NCBI GenBank assembly: GCA_019038645.1
Contig: JAHOYT010000054.1
Span: 4,365-68,364, forward strand
DNA: 64,000 nt
Source of the DNA: Bacteroidales bacterium
GTDB taxonomy: Bacteria; Bacteroidota; Bacteroidia; Bacteroidales; UBA12077
Reading direction: 5' to 3'
The notes below the pieces were generated by a model, which saw only the letters and a list, made by a program, of their open reading frames with translations, had not been told where the DNA came from and searched no databases. A program made the position numbers and the translations under genes. This document shows positions 9,954 to 18,574 of the stretch, in pieces (the stretch's first letter is position 1; every line of letters starts with the position of its first letter).

Positions 9954-10031
9954 GAACAATCGTAAGACTTTTGGACAGGCTTTTTTATTATTTGATATGT
10001 CGTTTTGAAATAAGTTGAAGTATTACCCATT

Positions 10032-10060
10032 AAAAAACCGGCTTTAATTTAAAGCCGGTT
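10032..10060 (-). terminator. Intrinsic terminator of the small secreted protein gene
   Basis: AACCGGCTTTA/TAAAGCCGGTT stem with a 5' A-run (T-run on minus strand). Confidence 0.8.
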
Positions 10061-10093
10061 CTGATTTATTAACCTATTCACAACTGAAAAGAA

Positions 10094-10300
10094 TTACTTC
10101 TTTTCCTTCTTCTTTTCTTCAGTCTTAGTTTCTGCTTTTTTATCACATGCTTTTGGGCAGCACTTAGATTTTTCTTTATCGCATTTTTCTGTTTTTGCCT
10201 TAGTTTCGGTTGCTTTCGTTTTAGGATCCTGAGCATTAACTGATAACGTCATAAGAGTTATAAATGCTATTCCTGATAATACTACTACAAATTTTTTCAT
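10094..10300 (-). CDS. Small secreted Lys/Cys-rich protein
   Basis: Signal peptide ending VNA-Q; KCDKEKSKCCPKAC; has its own -7 box (10341-10348) and terminator. Confidence 0.75.
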   Translation of the reverse strand: MKKFVVVLSGIAFITLMTLSVNAQDPKTKATETKAKTEKCDKEKSKCCPKACDKKAETKTEEKKKEKK

Positions 10301-10370
10301 AACAATTTTAATTATTTGTTTAATAAGAATTAATCTTTAGCAAATGTAAGTAGTGAAAATTAATTTCCGG

Positions 10371-10407
10371 GTTATAATGAGGTTAATTCATGTTAATGCG
10401 ATGTTAA
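10371..10407. promoter_or_regulatory. Four direct repeats, probable OmpR-family operator
   Basis: GTTA(A/T) at 10371, 10382, 10392 and 10403 (10-11 bp period) between divergent promoters. Confidence 0.6.
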
Positions 10408-10446
10408 AATCGTGCAAGTCACCCATTTTCTGGTTAAATTTGTTGC

Positions 10447-11706
10447 GTGAAGAAGAATAAATTACAAATCATATTAATCATTGTTACATTTTTAAGTTTG
10501 ATTGCACTTGTAGCAATACAGGTTTCGTGGATTGTTAAAGCAGCTAACATACAGGAAAAGCAATTTAGCCACAGTGTAAAAATGGCCATGAGTATGATCG
10601 TGGAAAATCTGGCCGAAGATGAGTCTATCTGCAGCGAAGTAGCTAGTTGTATGAGTAAGGGTGATGCAGCTTCTTGTTATAAAAGTATGTACAATCAAAT
10701 TGAATGGAGTAAAGTAGATTCTATTGTAAGTGCTGCACTGGATAATTACAACATCGACACCGGTTACGAATTCGACATTGTTGATACACGCAAAGATTCC
10801 GATTTTAATGTTTGTAATAAATCCTATTTTTCCGATAATCTGGAAAGTGTGTTCTTACAAAATGGTGTAGAGCTTAAAATAAAATTTCCTCAAAAAAGTG
10901 AATTTATTGCAGCACAAATAGGAGCTATGTTTATTAGTTCAATTCTCTTAATTTTACTTATAAGTATTTCATTTTTAATGATTATAAAATATTACAAGCG
11001 GGAAAAAAGACTGTATAGCAGTACCCGCGACTTTATAAATAATATAACGCACGAATTTAAAACACCAATAACAAATATTGCCCTGGCCAATAGTATGATT
11101 TCGAAAAGCGAAAATATATTGCATGACGAAAAATTAATGCAGTATTCTGGTATTATTAAATCGGAACATAAGAAATTAAAAAACCGTGTTGAGGGATTAC
11201 TGGATGCAGCACGAATTGAAAACGGGAATAGCAATTATTGCGAAACGATTGATATTTGTGATATTATAAGAGGAACCGTTGATTCATATCAGGTTCAGCT
11301 TCAGGAACAAAATGGTAAAATAACTTATGAAAAAATATCGGATCGATGTACTGTGCATGCCGACAAAGAGCAGATTCAGTTTGCAATATCTAACCTCATT
11401 GATAATGCTATTAAGTATTGTGACCGGGAACCAAAAATTGTAATCCGTACATTAGATAAAGGAGATAATATTATCATAGAAATAGAAGATAATGGAATTG
11501 GAATAAAACATGAACATATAAAGCAGATTTTTGAAAAATATTATCGCGTTCCGACAGGCGACATTCATAATGTAAAAGGATTTGGCATTGGCTTATCGAT
11601 GGTAAAAGCTATTATTGAATCTGTTAGTGGCGCTATAGAGATTCACAGTAAACCAGGAAAAGGAACCATATTTAGTATTAAGTTACCTTATTGCAGCGAA
11701 GATTAA
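10447..11706 (+). CDS. Sensor histidine kinase (HisKA + HATPase), Cys-rich sensor loop
   Basis: Two TM segments, THEFKTP H-box, NLIDNAIKY, DNGIGI, GFGIGL; GTG start 4 nt after a TAAATTTG -7 box, so probably leaderless. Confidence 0.93.
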   Translation: MKKNKLQIILIIVTFLSLIALVAIQVSWIVKAANIQEKQFSHSVKMAMSMIVENLAEDESICSEVASCMSKGDAASCYKSMYNQIEWSKVDSIVSAALDNYNIDTGYEFDIVDTRKDSDFNVCNKSYFSDNLESVFLQNGVELKIKFPQKSEFIAAQIGAMFISSILLILLISISFLMIIKYYKREKRLYSSTRDFINNITHEFKTPITNIALANSMISKSENILHDEKLMQYSGIIKSEHKKLKNRVEGLLDAARIENGNSNYCETIDICDIIRGTVDSYQVQLQEQNGKITYEKISDRCTVHADKEQIQFAISNLIDNAIKYCDREPKIVIRTLDKGDNIIIEIEDNGIGIKHEHIKQIFEKYYRVPTGDIHNVKGFGIGLSMVKAIIESVSGAIEIHSKPGKGTIFSIKLPYCSED

Positions 11707-11709
11707 AAT

Positions 11710-12408
11710 ATGAATAATCAAAAGGTTAAAATATTACTTGTTGAGGATGACACGAATCTTGGGTTCCTTTTATTGGAGTTCCTTGAATCCAAAGGTTTTG
11801 ATGTAAAGTTATATCGCGATGGTATTTCAGGACTTACTGGTTTCAAAACTTCTGTTTTCGATTTTTGTATTTTAGATGTAATGCTTCCCAATATGGATGG
11901 ATTTACATTAGCTGAAAAAATTCGCGAAAAAAATAAAAAGGTTCCTGTTGTTTTTCTTACTGCACGCTCAATGAAAGAAGACAAGCTTAAGGGTTTCCGT
12001 ATTGGAATCGACGATTATATTACCAAACCATTCGATGAGGATGAATTATTATTTCGAATACAGTCTATTTTAAATCGTGTTAATCCTGAACGATCAGTAG
12101 AAAGCAAACTGATTTATAAGTTGGGGCAATTTTCTTTCGATGTTCAGAATCAGGTGTTAAAATTTGGAAGCGAATCAAAAAGATTAACTTCAAAAGAGAG
12201 TAAAATTTTGGCCATATTGGCAAAACATAAGAACAATATTGTATCGCGCGAGGATATAATGCAGGAAGTATGGGGCGAAACCGATTACTTTATTGGCCGC
12301 AGCTTCGATGTTTTTATTTCTAAATTAAGAAAGCACCTTGATCCAGAACCAAAATTGAAAATCGAAACAATTCCTACAGTGGGAGTAATTCTTAATATTT
12401 CTGAATAA
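11710..12408 (+). CDS. OmpR/PhoB-family response regulator (RprY-like)
   Basis: LLVEDD, LDVMLP, FLTA, DDYITKPF, winged-helix RSFDVFISKLRK. Confidence 0.94.
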   Translation: MNNQKVKILLVEDDTNLGFLLLEFLESKGFDVKLYRDGISGLTGFKTSVFDFCILDVMLPNMDGFTLAEKIREKNKKVPVVFLTARSMKEDKLKGFRIGIDDYITKPFDEDELLFRIQSILNRVNPERSVESKLIYKLGQFSFDVQNQVLKFGSESKRLTSKESKILAILAKHKNNIVSREDIMQEVWGETDYFIGRSFDVFISKLRKHLDPEPKLKIETIPTVGVILNISE

Positions 12409-12472
12409 CAAGACAATCAAAGTACTTGTATTATTATTTCAATTTCGTTTAGTAAGGTTTTTTTCTGCATTC

Positions 12473-12539
12473 TGTCATTCCGCACTCCTGTCTGCCGGTT
12501 TAACTGCTGCAGGCATGTCGTGCATGTGATGCGGAATCT
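12473..12539. repeat. Palindromic repeat TGTCATTCCGCAC..TGATGCGGAATCT with an insertion in its loop
   Basis: Arms at 12473-12486 and 12527-12539; insert begins CCTGTCTGCCGG and resembles the inner element at 9864-9882. Confidence 0.65.
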
Positions 12540-12617
12540 CTTTAAACAACATTTACTATTATTTCCTGAATTATTTATCAGAACCAAAATAATGTAAGAA
12601 TCATTTTGTATTTTGAT

Positions 12618-12641
12618 CGATATGTTTATTTTTGCATATCC
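12618..12641. promoter_or_regulatory. ModE-like operator overlapping the wtpA -7 box
   Basis: CGATATGT-N8-GCATATCC; TATTTTTG -7 box at 12627-12634 lies inside it; same motif at 38477-38500. Confidence 0.7.
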
Positions 12642-12663
12642 TTAATTAAACAATTGAACAAAA

Positions 12664-13617
12664 ATGAAACGCATTAAATTATTAACCATTTTTCTCACAG
12701 CTTTAATCCTTTTTAGCTGTAACAATAAAAATTCTGAAAACAATCAACTTATTATTTTCCATGCAGGAAGCCTTTCTGTTCCTTTCAAACAAATGAAAGC
12801 AGAATTTGAAAAAGAAAACCCCGGCGTTAAAATTTTACTGGAATCGGCAGGAAGTGTTGCAAGTGCCAGAAAAATTACGGATTTAAATAAAGATTGTGAT
12901 ATTATGGCATCCGCAGATTATACTATTATTGATGAAATGTTAATTCCGGATTACACCAGCTGGAACATAAAATTTGCCAGTAACGAAATGGCAATCGTAT
13001 ATCATGATGCATCAAAATACTCCGATGAAATAAATGCAGAAAACTGGCATGAAATATTATTACGCGATGATGTATTATTCGGACGCTCAGATCCAAACTC
13101 CGATCCATGCGGATACCGTGCTATATTAACTTCTCAGTTATCGGAACAGTTTTATAATCAGGATGGTTTAACGAACAAAATCATACAAAAAAATCAGGAA
13201 TATATTCGTCCCAAAGAGGTTGATTTATTGGCGCTGTTAGAATCGAATACAATTGATTACTTATTCTTATATCGTTCGGTAGCACAACAACACGAATTAA
13301 AATATGTTATTCTTCCTGATTCAGTTAACCTGAAAAATCCTGAATTAAGAGAATTCTATAAAAATGCGAAAGTAGATATTACAGGTAAAACTCCGGGAAC
13401 CACAATAACAAAAATCGGTCAGCCAATGGTTTATGGCATTACAATTTTAGATAATGCGCCAAATAAAGAACTGGCCTTAAAATTCACCGATTTTATTTTA
13501 TCAAAACAAGGAGGCGCAAAAATTATGGAAGAAAACGGCCAACCATCTATGATTCCTTCGTATTCCGAAACTTATATTTCAATTCCTGAGACACTTAAAC
13601 AATATGCCAAAAATTAG
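12664..13617 (+). CDS. wtpA: Tungstate/molybdate ABC transporter substrate-binding lipoprotein WtpA
   Basis: Lipobox LFSC; FHAGSL, AGSVASARK, SADY, SDPNSDPCGYR, RPKEVDL, YRSVAQQH motifs of WtpA. Confidence 0.92.
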   Translation: MKRIKLLTIFLTALILFSCNNKNSENNQLIIFHAGSLSVPFKQMKAEFEKENPGVKILLESAGSVASARKITDLNKDCDIMASADYTIIDEMLIPDYTSWNIKFASNEMAIVYHDASKYSDEINAENWHEILLRDDVLFGRSDPNSDPCGYRAILTSQLSEQFYNQDGLTNKIIQKNQEYIRPKEVDLLALLESNTIDYLFLYRSVAQQHELKYVILPDSVNLKNPELREFYKNAKVDITGKTPGTTITKIGQPMVYGITILDNAPNKELALKFTDFILSKQGGAKIMEENGQPSMIPSYSETYISIPETLKQYAKN

Positions 13618-13647
13618 CTGTTAGCTTTAGTAATTGGCTTTTAGCAA
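13614..13647. repeat. Degenerate heptamer tandem repeat
   Basis: TTAGCTG TTAGCT TTAGTAA TTGGCTT TTAGCAA. Confidence 0.55.
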
Positions 13648-13666
13648 AAAAAAAGAATCTCAAAAA

Positions 13667-14911
13667 ATGAAATACATATATTTATTTTTACTAATCAGTA
13701 TAATAACAACAAGCATAAAAGCGCAATTAAGAATTGATGCAGAATATCGCCCGCGATTTGAACTGAGAGATGGTTACAGTACTTTAAAAGCAGAAGATTC
13801 TGAGCCTGCATATTTTGTTACTCAACGTACCAGACTAAATTTAAATCACACATATAATAATGTTACATCAAAATTGTCGGTTCAGGATTATCGTGTTTGG
13901 GGAGACTCAAAATTAAAAGCTGATGATCCGGGAGTAAGTGTTTTTGAAGCTTATTTTAAATTGAATTTAAACGATTATTGGGCAATAACTGCTGGTCGTC
14001 AGGCAATTGATATTGATAACAAACGACTTTTTTCGGCAGCAAACTGGAATCAGGTTAGTACTTCGCACGATGGTGTAACTCTTGATTTCATGAATGAATT
14101 GTTCAATTTTAAAATGATTACAGCCTTTAATCAGGCAGAAGTTTCTAATTTTGGAACCGATTATTCTGCTCAGATCAGCAATTACAAATTTTTAAACGTA
14201 ATCTGGTTAGAGAAAAAAATCAAAAAACTGACTCTTGCCAATTTAACCATAACCGATGCTTATCAAAAAGTTGGTACAAGCAATACCGATTATTACAGAT
14301 TTACGACAGGTGCGATAATCAAATATAAGAAAACAGCAAATGATATTCAGATAAGAGGATTTTATCAGACGGGGAAGAATAAGACAGGACAGGATGTAAG
14401 TGCGTATTATACAAGTGCAAGTTATGCACGTAAATTTGGATCGGTTCTGAGTTTAACCGGAGGGTTCGAATATATGTCGGGTAACAATTTAACCGATATA
14501 ACCAATGAGAAAGATAATGCATTTGATATTTTATATGGAGCAAAACATTGGTTTAATGGAATGATGGATTATTTTAGCACTCCAAATACAACTCATAATG
14601 CGGGTTTAGTTGATGGATATATAAAAGTTGATTTCACAAAAATTGAGAATTGGAAATTATCTACACATTATCATTATTTAGCTTTTGCTAATAATTATAT
14701 TCACGAAGGCGAAAAGCAAGATAAATTTTTAGCAAACGAAATCGACTTGGTTGGAACCTGGAAGGTTAATGATATTATAAATTTACAGTTAGGATACGGA
14801 ATGTTATTTGGAGGAAAAACGCTGGAATATGTTAAAGGAGTTGAAGGTGATGGATTACAACACTACTTTTTTGCAATGATAACAGTAAAACCAACATTCT
14901 TTAAAAATTAA
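13667..14911 (+). CDS. Alginate-export-family outer-membrane beta-barrel porin
   Basis: ATG 13667 gives a signal peptide; EYRPRFELRDGY, QRTRL, QDYRVWG, GRQ, NWNQ..HD and H.F.GMMDYF motifs; stop overlaps the wtpB start (TAATG). Confidence 0.8.
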   Translation: MKYIYLFLLISIITTSIKAQLRIDAEYRPRFELRDGYSTLKAEDSEPAYFVTQRTRLNLNHTYNNVTSKLSVQDYRVWGDSKLKADDPGVSVFEAYFKLNLNDYWAITAGRQAIDIDNKRLFSAANWNQVSTSHDGVTLDFMNELFNFKMITAFNQAEVSNFGTDYSAQISNYKFLNVIWLEKKIKKLTLANLTITDAYQKVGTSNTDYYRFTTGAIIKYKKTANDIQIRGFYQTGKNKTGQDVSAYYTSASYARKFGSVLSLTGGFEYMSGNNLTDITNEKDNAFDILYGAKHWFNGMMDYFSTPNTTHNAGLVDGYIKVDFTKIENWKLSTHYHYLAFANNYIHEGEKQDKFLANEIDLVGTWKVNDIINLQLGYGMLFGGKTLEYVKGVEGDGLQHYFFAMITVKPTFFKN

Positions 14912-15699
14912 TGATAAATAACCGAAATACACCGATACTATTCGTACTATTTGGCGGACTAATTTTACTTTTTATTATTAGTCCGTTGCTTAGCATGTTT
15001 TTGGCAACAACTCCGCTGCAATTATTCGAAACATCTAAAGATCCTGAAGTAGTTAATAGTATCTGGCTAACGCTAAGAGTTTCTTTTTTAGCCACTTTGT
15101 TTTTTGCTATTGGTGCTATTCCGCTGGCCTATTTTTTGGCAAGAACAAAATTCAAATTTAAAAAACTTGTAAATGGTATTATTGATTTACCCATTGTAAT
15201 ACCACACTCAGCTGCCGGAATTGCTATTCTTGGATTTATTTCAAGAGATTCTGTTTTAGGAAAAGTAGCATCTTCGCTTGGGCTTAATTTTGTTGGTCAT
15301 CCTGTTGGAATAGCGTTAGCAATGGCATTTGTGAGTATCCCGTTTTTAATAAATGCTGCCCGCGATGGATTTGAGAGTGTTCCAATAAAACTTGAAAAAA
15401 CAGCATTAAACCTTGGGGCATCGCCCGTAAGAGTATTTTTTACTATATCCTTTCCCCTGGCATGGAAAAATATATTGTCGGGATTAATAATGATGTTTGC
15501 CCGTGGATTAAGCGAATTTGGAGCTGTTGTTATTGTTGCATATCACCCAATGATAACACCTGTACTTATTTTTGAGAGATTTGGTGCATTCGGGTTAAAA
15601 TATGCAAGGCCTGTCTCAGTTGTATTTATTATTGTATGTCTGGTATTCTTTATTTTTTTAAGAACCTTATCGAAAGAAAAACACACAAATAATGCTTAA
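14911..15699 (+). CDS. wtpB: Tungstate ABC transporter permease WtpB
   Basis: DLPIVIPHSAAG, EAA-like loop LEKTALNLGAS, FARGLSEFGA. Confidence 0.9.
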   Translation: MINNRNTPILFVLFGGLILLFIISPLLSMFLATTPLQLFETSKDPEVVNSIWLTLRVSFLATLFFAIGAIPLAYFLARTKFKFKKLVNGIIDLPIVIPHSAAGIAILGFISRDSVLGKVASSLGLNFVGHPVGIALAMAFVSIPFLINAARDGFESVPIKLEKTALNLGASPVRVFFTISFPLAWKNILSGLIMMFARGLSEFGAVVIVAYHPMITPVLIFERFGAFGLKYARPVSVVFIIVCLVFFIFLRTLSKEKHTNNA

Positions 15700-16732
15700 G
15701 CTAAAAGATATATCAATTAAGCTCGGGGATTTTCAACTGAGAAAAATAAATCTTGAGTTGAATAAAGGAGATTATTATGTTCTTTTAGGTAAATCGGGTG
15801 TAGGAAAAACTGTTTTGCTGGAAATTATTGCCGGACTTATTAAACCCGATTCAGGTAATGTTTTTATGAATAATACAGAAATAACTAATGAAAAAATACA
15901 AAACAGAAAAGTAGGAATTGTTTTTCAGGACTATTCAGTTTTCCCGCATTTAAATGTAAAACAAAATATCGCATACTCTTTAAAAGGCAAGAAGATTACA
16001 AATAGTAAAAAAGAAGTATTAATAAATCAATATGCCGGATTAACCAATATTACTCACTTGTTAGATCGAAATACTCAAAATTTATCGGGTGGGGAATTAC
16101 AGCGTGTAGCATTGGCCCGTATGTTGGTTTCAAAACCTGAATGCCTGCTTTTAGATGAACCATTAGCTTCCCTTGATATACAATTGAAAGGCGGTTTAAG
16201 AAATTTATTACGACAAATAAATCAAAGTGGAGTAACTATTTTACATGTAACGCACGATTATGAAGAAGCAATTGCTTTATCGGATAAAGTTGCTGTTATA
16301 CACGAAGGTGAAATAGTTCAGAGAGGATCAACAAAAGAAGTATTCCAAAAACCTGCCAATGAGTTTGTTGCCAATTTTACCGGAATAAAGAATTTTTTTC
16401 TTGCAGATTTTTCCCCAATTAATAATGCAAAAATTAATGGTACACTGGAAATAAACGTTTCAAATAAAGATCAGATAAAAAACGGGAAAATAATTATTCG
16501 TGGTGAGGAAATTATCTTATCCAATGAAAAAATGGAATCAAGTGCAACTAATAATTTCAAAGGAAAGATAAAACAAATTATCCCGTACTTAACCAATCAT
16601 GAAATAATTGTTGATATTGGAATTGATTTAACAGTTGTAATATCTGAAGAATCATTACAAAAATTTAAATTCAGTGAAAATTCTGAAGTTTGGGTTTCCT
16701 TTAAATCTACTGCAATAAAGATTATTCCGTAG
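15692..16732 (+). CDS. wtpC: Tungstate ABC transporter ATPase WtpC with C-terminal TOBE domain
   Basis: GKSGVGKT, LSGGE, LLLDEP, HVTHD, SSATNNFKG TOBE. Confidence 0.88.
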   Translation: MLKLKDISIKLGDFQLRKINLELNKGDYYVLLGKSGVGKTVLLEIIAGLIKPDSGNVFMNNTEITNEKIQNRKVGIVFQDYSVFPHLNVKQNIAYSLKGKKITNSKKEVLINQYAGLTNITHLLDRNTQNLSGGELQRVALARMLVSKPECLLLDEPLASLDIQLKGGLRNLLRQINQSGVTILHVTHDYEEAIALSDKVAVIHEGEIVQRGSTKEVFQKPANEFVANFTGIKNFFLADFSPINNAKINGTLEINVSNKDQIKNGKIIIRGEEIILSNEKMESSATNNFKGKIKQIIPYLTNHEIIVDIGIDLTVVISEESLQKFKFSENSEVWVSFKSTAIKIIP

Positions 16733-16763
16733 AACACATCCATATCATTATTCTTAATTGTAA

Positions 16764-18062
16764 TTATAATCTTCGATAAATATGTTTAGGTGCGAATATA
16801 GTTAAGGTGACAAGTCGTGCAATCATAAATATCATAAATGCAGCCCATAATCCATGATTATTAAAATAGTGATGCAAAATAAAATATGAAGGAATAAAAA
16901 TTAAATAAGTCGAAATTAGCATGGCATTTCGCATACTTGCCGATGCTGTTACCCCAATAAAAATTCCATCCCAGATAAAAGCTCCGAATGTTATAACAGG
17001 AATCAGGTAAATCCAGAATAAGTAAGTTTGAATATTTTGAATTACTTCTGAATTATTGGTTAAAATTTTTAGCAGTAAATTATCTCCAAAATAATAAACA
17101 ATGGTGAAGATAGCTGCCATTAATAATCCCCAATAAAATAATAGTTTGCTTACTTTAATCAGGCTTGTTTTATCACGTGCTCCGAAATATTTGCCTGCCA
17201 AAGCTTCTCCTGCATAGGCAAATCCATCAACTACGTGTGCATAAATCATAAAAAACTGAAGTAACAAAGTGTTTACTGCCAGTAAAGTATCTCCGTATTT
17301 AGCTGATTTTGCAGTAAAGAATGATAGTGCAAAAACTAAACTAATGGTTCTTATAAATATGTCCTTATTTACATTTAAGAATTTTTTAAGTGCATTCAGT
17401 TGAAGAATCTCTTTGAAGATCAGATACTGTTTTAATCTTTTCGAATTCTTCCGTAAGAAAATGACTCCAAGAATTAATCCTAAGTATTGAGCCAGTACAG
17501 TTCCAAGTGCAACTCCATCGGATTTCATTCCAAATACCTTGATGAATAAAACATTGAAGCCTACATTCAACAGATTAACAGTAATAGCAATAATCATCGG
17601 GATTTTGGCATTTTGCATTCCAATGTACCAGCCTGATATAGAATAAAGAGCAATGGTTGCAGGAGCAGCCCAAATCCGGATATAAAAATATTGCCGGGCA
17701 AAAAATTCTACTTCGTTACTACCGCCAATGAAAAAAAAGCTTAATAAATCGATTGGTTTTTGAATGATAAGTAAAAATACTGCACCTATAAATCCTACAA
17801 AAAGAGCTCTGTACAAAATAAAAAAACTTTCACGAAAATCTTTTTTGCCATAGGATTGTGCTGCAAAACCACTGGTTCCTATTCGCAGGAAACTAAATCC
17901 CCAGTAAATAAAATTGAATATCATGCTTCCAAGGGCAATGGCTCCAATGTAAACTTTGGAATCAAGATGACCAACTAAAGCCAGATCTACAATTCCGAGT
18001 AGAGGTATTGTAATATTACTAATGATATTCGGAACGGCAATATTTAAAATTCGTCGGTTCAA
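16764..18062 (-). CDS. dinF: MATE-family efflux transporter (DinF type)
   Basis: PNIISNITIPLLGIVDLALVGHL, FLRIGTSG, IRIWAAPA, DGFAYA; TTG start. Confidence 0.9.
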   Translation of the reverse strand: MNRRILNIAVPNIISNITIPLLGIVDLALVGHLDSKVYIGAIALGSMIFNFIYWGFSFLRIGTSGFAAQSYGKKDFRESFFILYRALFVGFIGAVFLLIIQKPIDLLSFFFIGGSNEVEFFARQYFYIRIWAAPATIALYSISGWYIGMQNAKIPMIIAITVNLLNVGFNVLFIKVFGMKSDGVALGTVLAQYLGLILGVIFLRKNSKRLKQYLIFKEILQLNALKKFLNVNKDIFIRTISLVFALSFFTAKSAKYGDTLLAVNTLLLQFFMIYAHVVDGFAYAGEALAGKYFGARDKTSLIKVSKLLFYWGLLMAAIFTIVYYFGDNLLLKILTNNSEVIQNIQTYLFWIYLIPVITFGAFIWDGIFIGVTASASMRNAMLISTYLIFIPSYFILHHYFNNHGLWAAFMIFMIARLVTLTIFAPKHIYRRL

Positions 18063-18145
18063 ATCCCTTGTTTTTGTGGTACGAAAGTAATTTTTAAAAA
18101 AATATTAAACAATTGGAAGTCTTCTTTGTTATAAAGTAAAATTAA

Positions 18146-18160
18146 TTAGAATCGATCTAA
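18146..18160. promoter_or_regulatory. Fur/PerR-like 7-1-7 box upstream of the SOD genes
   Basis: TTAGAAT-C-GATCTAA imperfect inverted repeat. Confidence 0.45.
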
Positions 18161-18196
18161 ATAAATAATATTTAACTAATAACAAAGAATAAAATT

Positions 18197-18556
18197 ATGG
18201 CTTTTAAATTACCGGAATTAACATATAAGTACAATGCATTAGAGCCTTACATCGATGCACAAACAATGGAAATACATCACACTAAGCATCATGCAGGGTA
18301 TACTAACAATTTGAATAATGCTATTAAAGGTACAGAATTAGATAACAAATCCATAGAGGATATAGTAAAGGATATTTCTAAATATCCTGTTGCAGTCAGG
18401 AATAATGGAGGCGGATTATATAATCACAAGTTATTCCGTGAAATAATGACGCCAAATGGTGGTGGTGAACCAACCGGAGATTTATCTCCGGTTTTTTTGT
18501 TATGGCAGGATTCATTTTCTGGTCATTTATCTTTAAATTTGTTTAAAATAAATTAA
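18197..18556 (+). pseudogene. sodA: Truncated Mn-type superoxide dismutase (N-terminal domain only)
   Basis: [23 protein letters not shown] matches SOD to PTGDL, then runs into a terminator; the DxWEH ligand domain is absent. Confidence 0.8.
18472..18498 (+). terminator. Terminator hairpin at the sodA truncation point
   Basis: AACCGGAGAT-TT-ATCTCCGGTT plus T run. Confidence 0.75.
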
Positions 18557-18574
18557 CAACCTAAAATAGATCTC

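Noticed and set aside
12473-12539. Possible Moco/tungsten-cofactor riboswitch upstream of wtpA
   Set aside because: It lies upstream of the predicted wtpA promoter, so outside the 5' UTR, and is explained by a palindromic repeat family.
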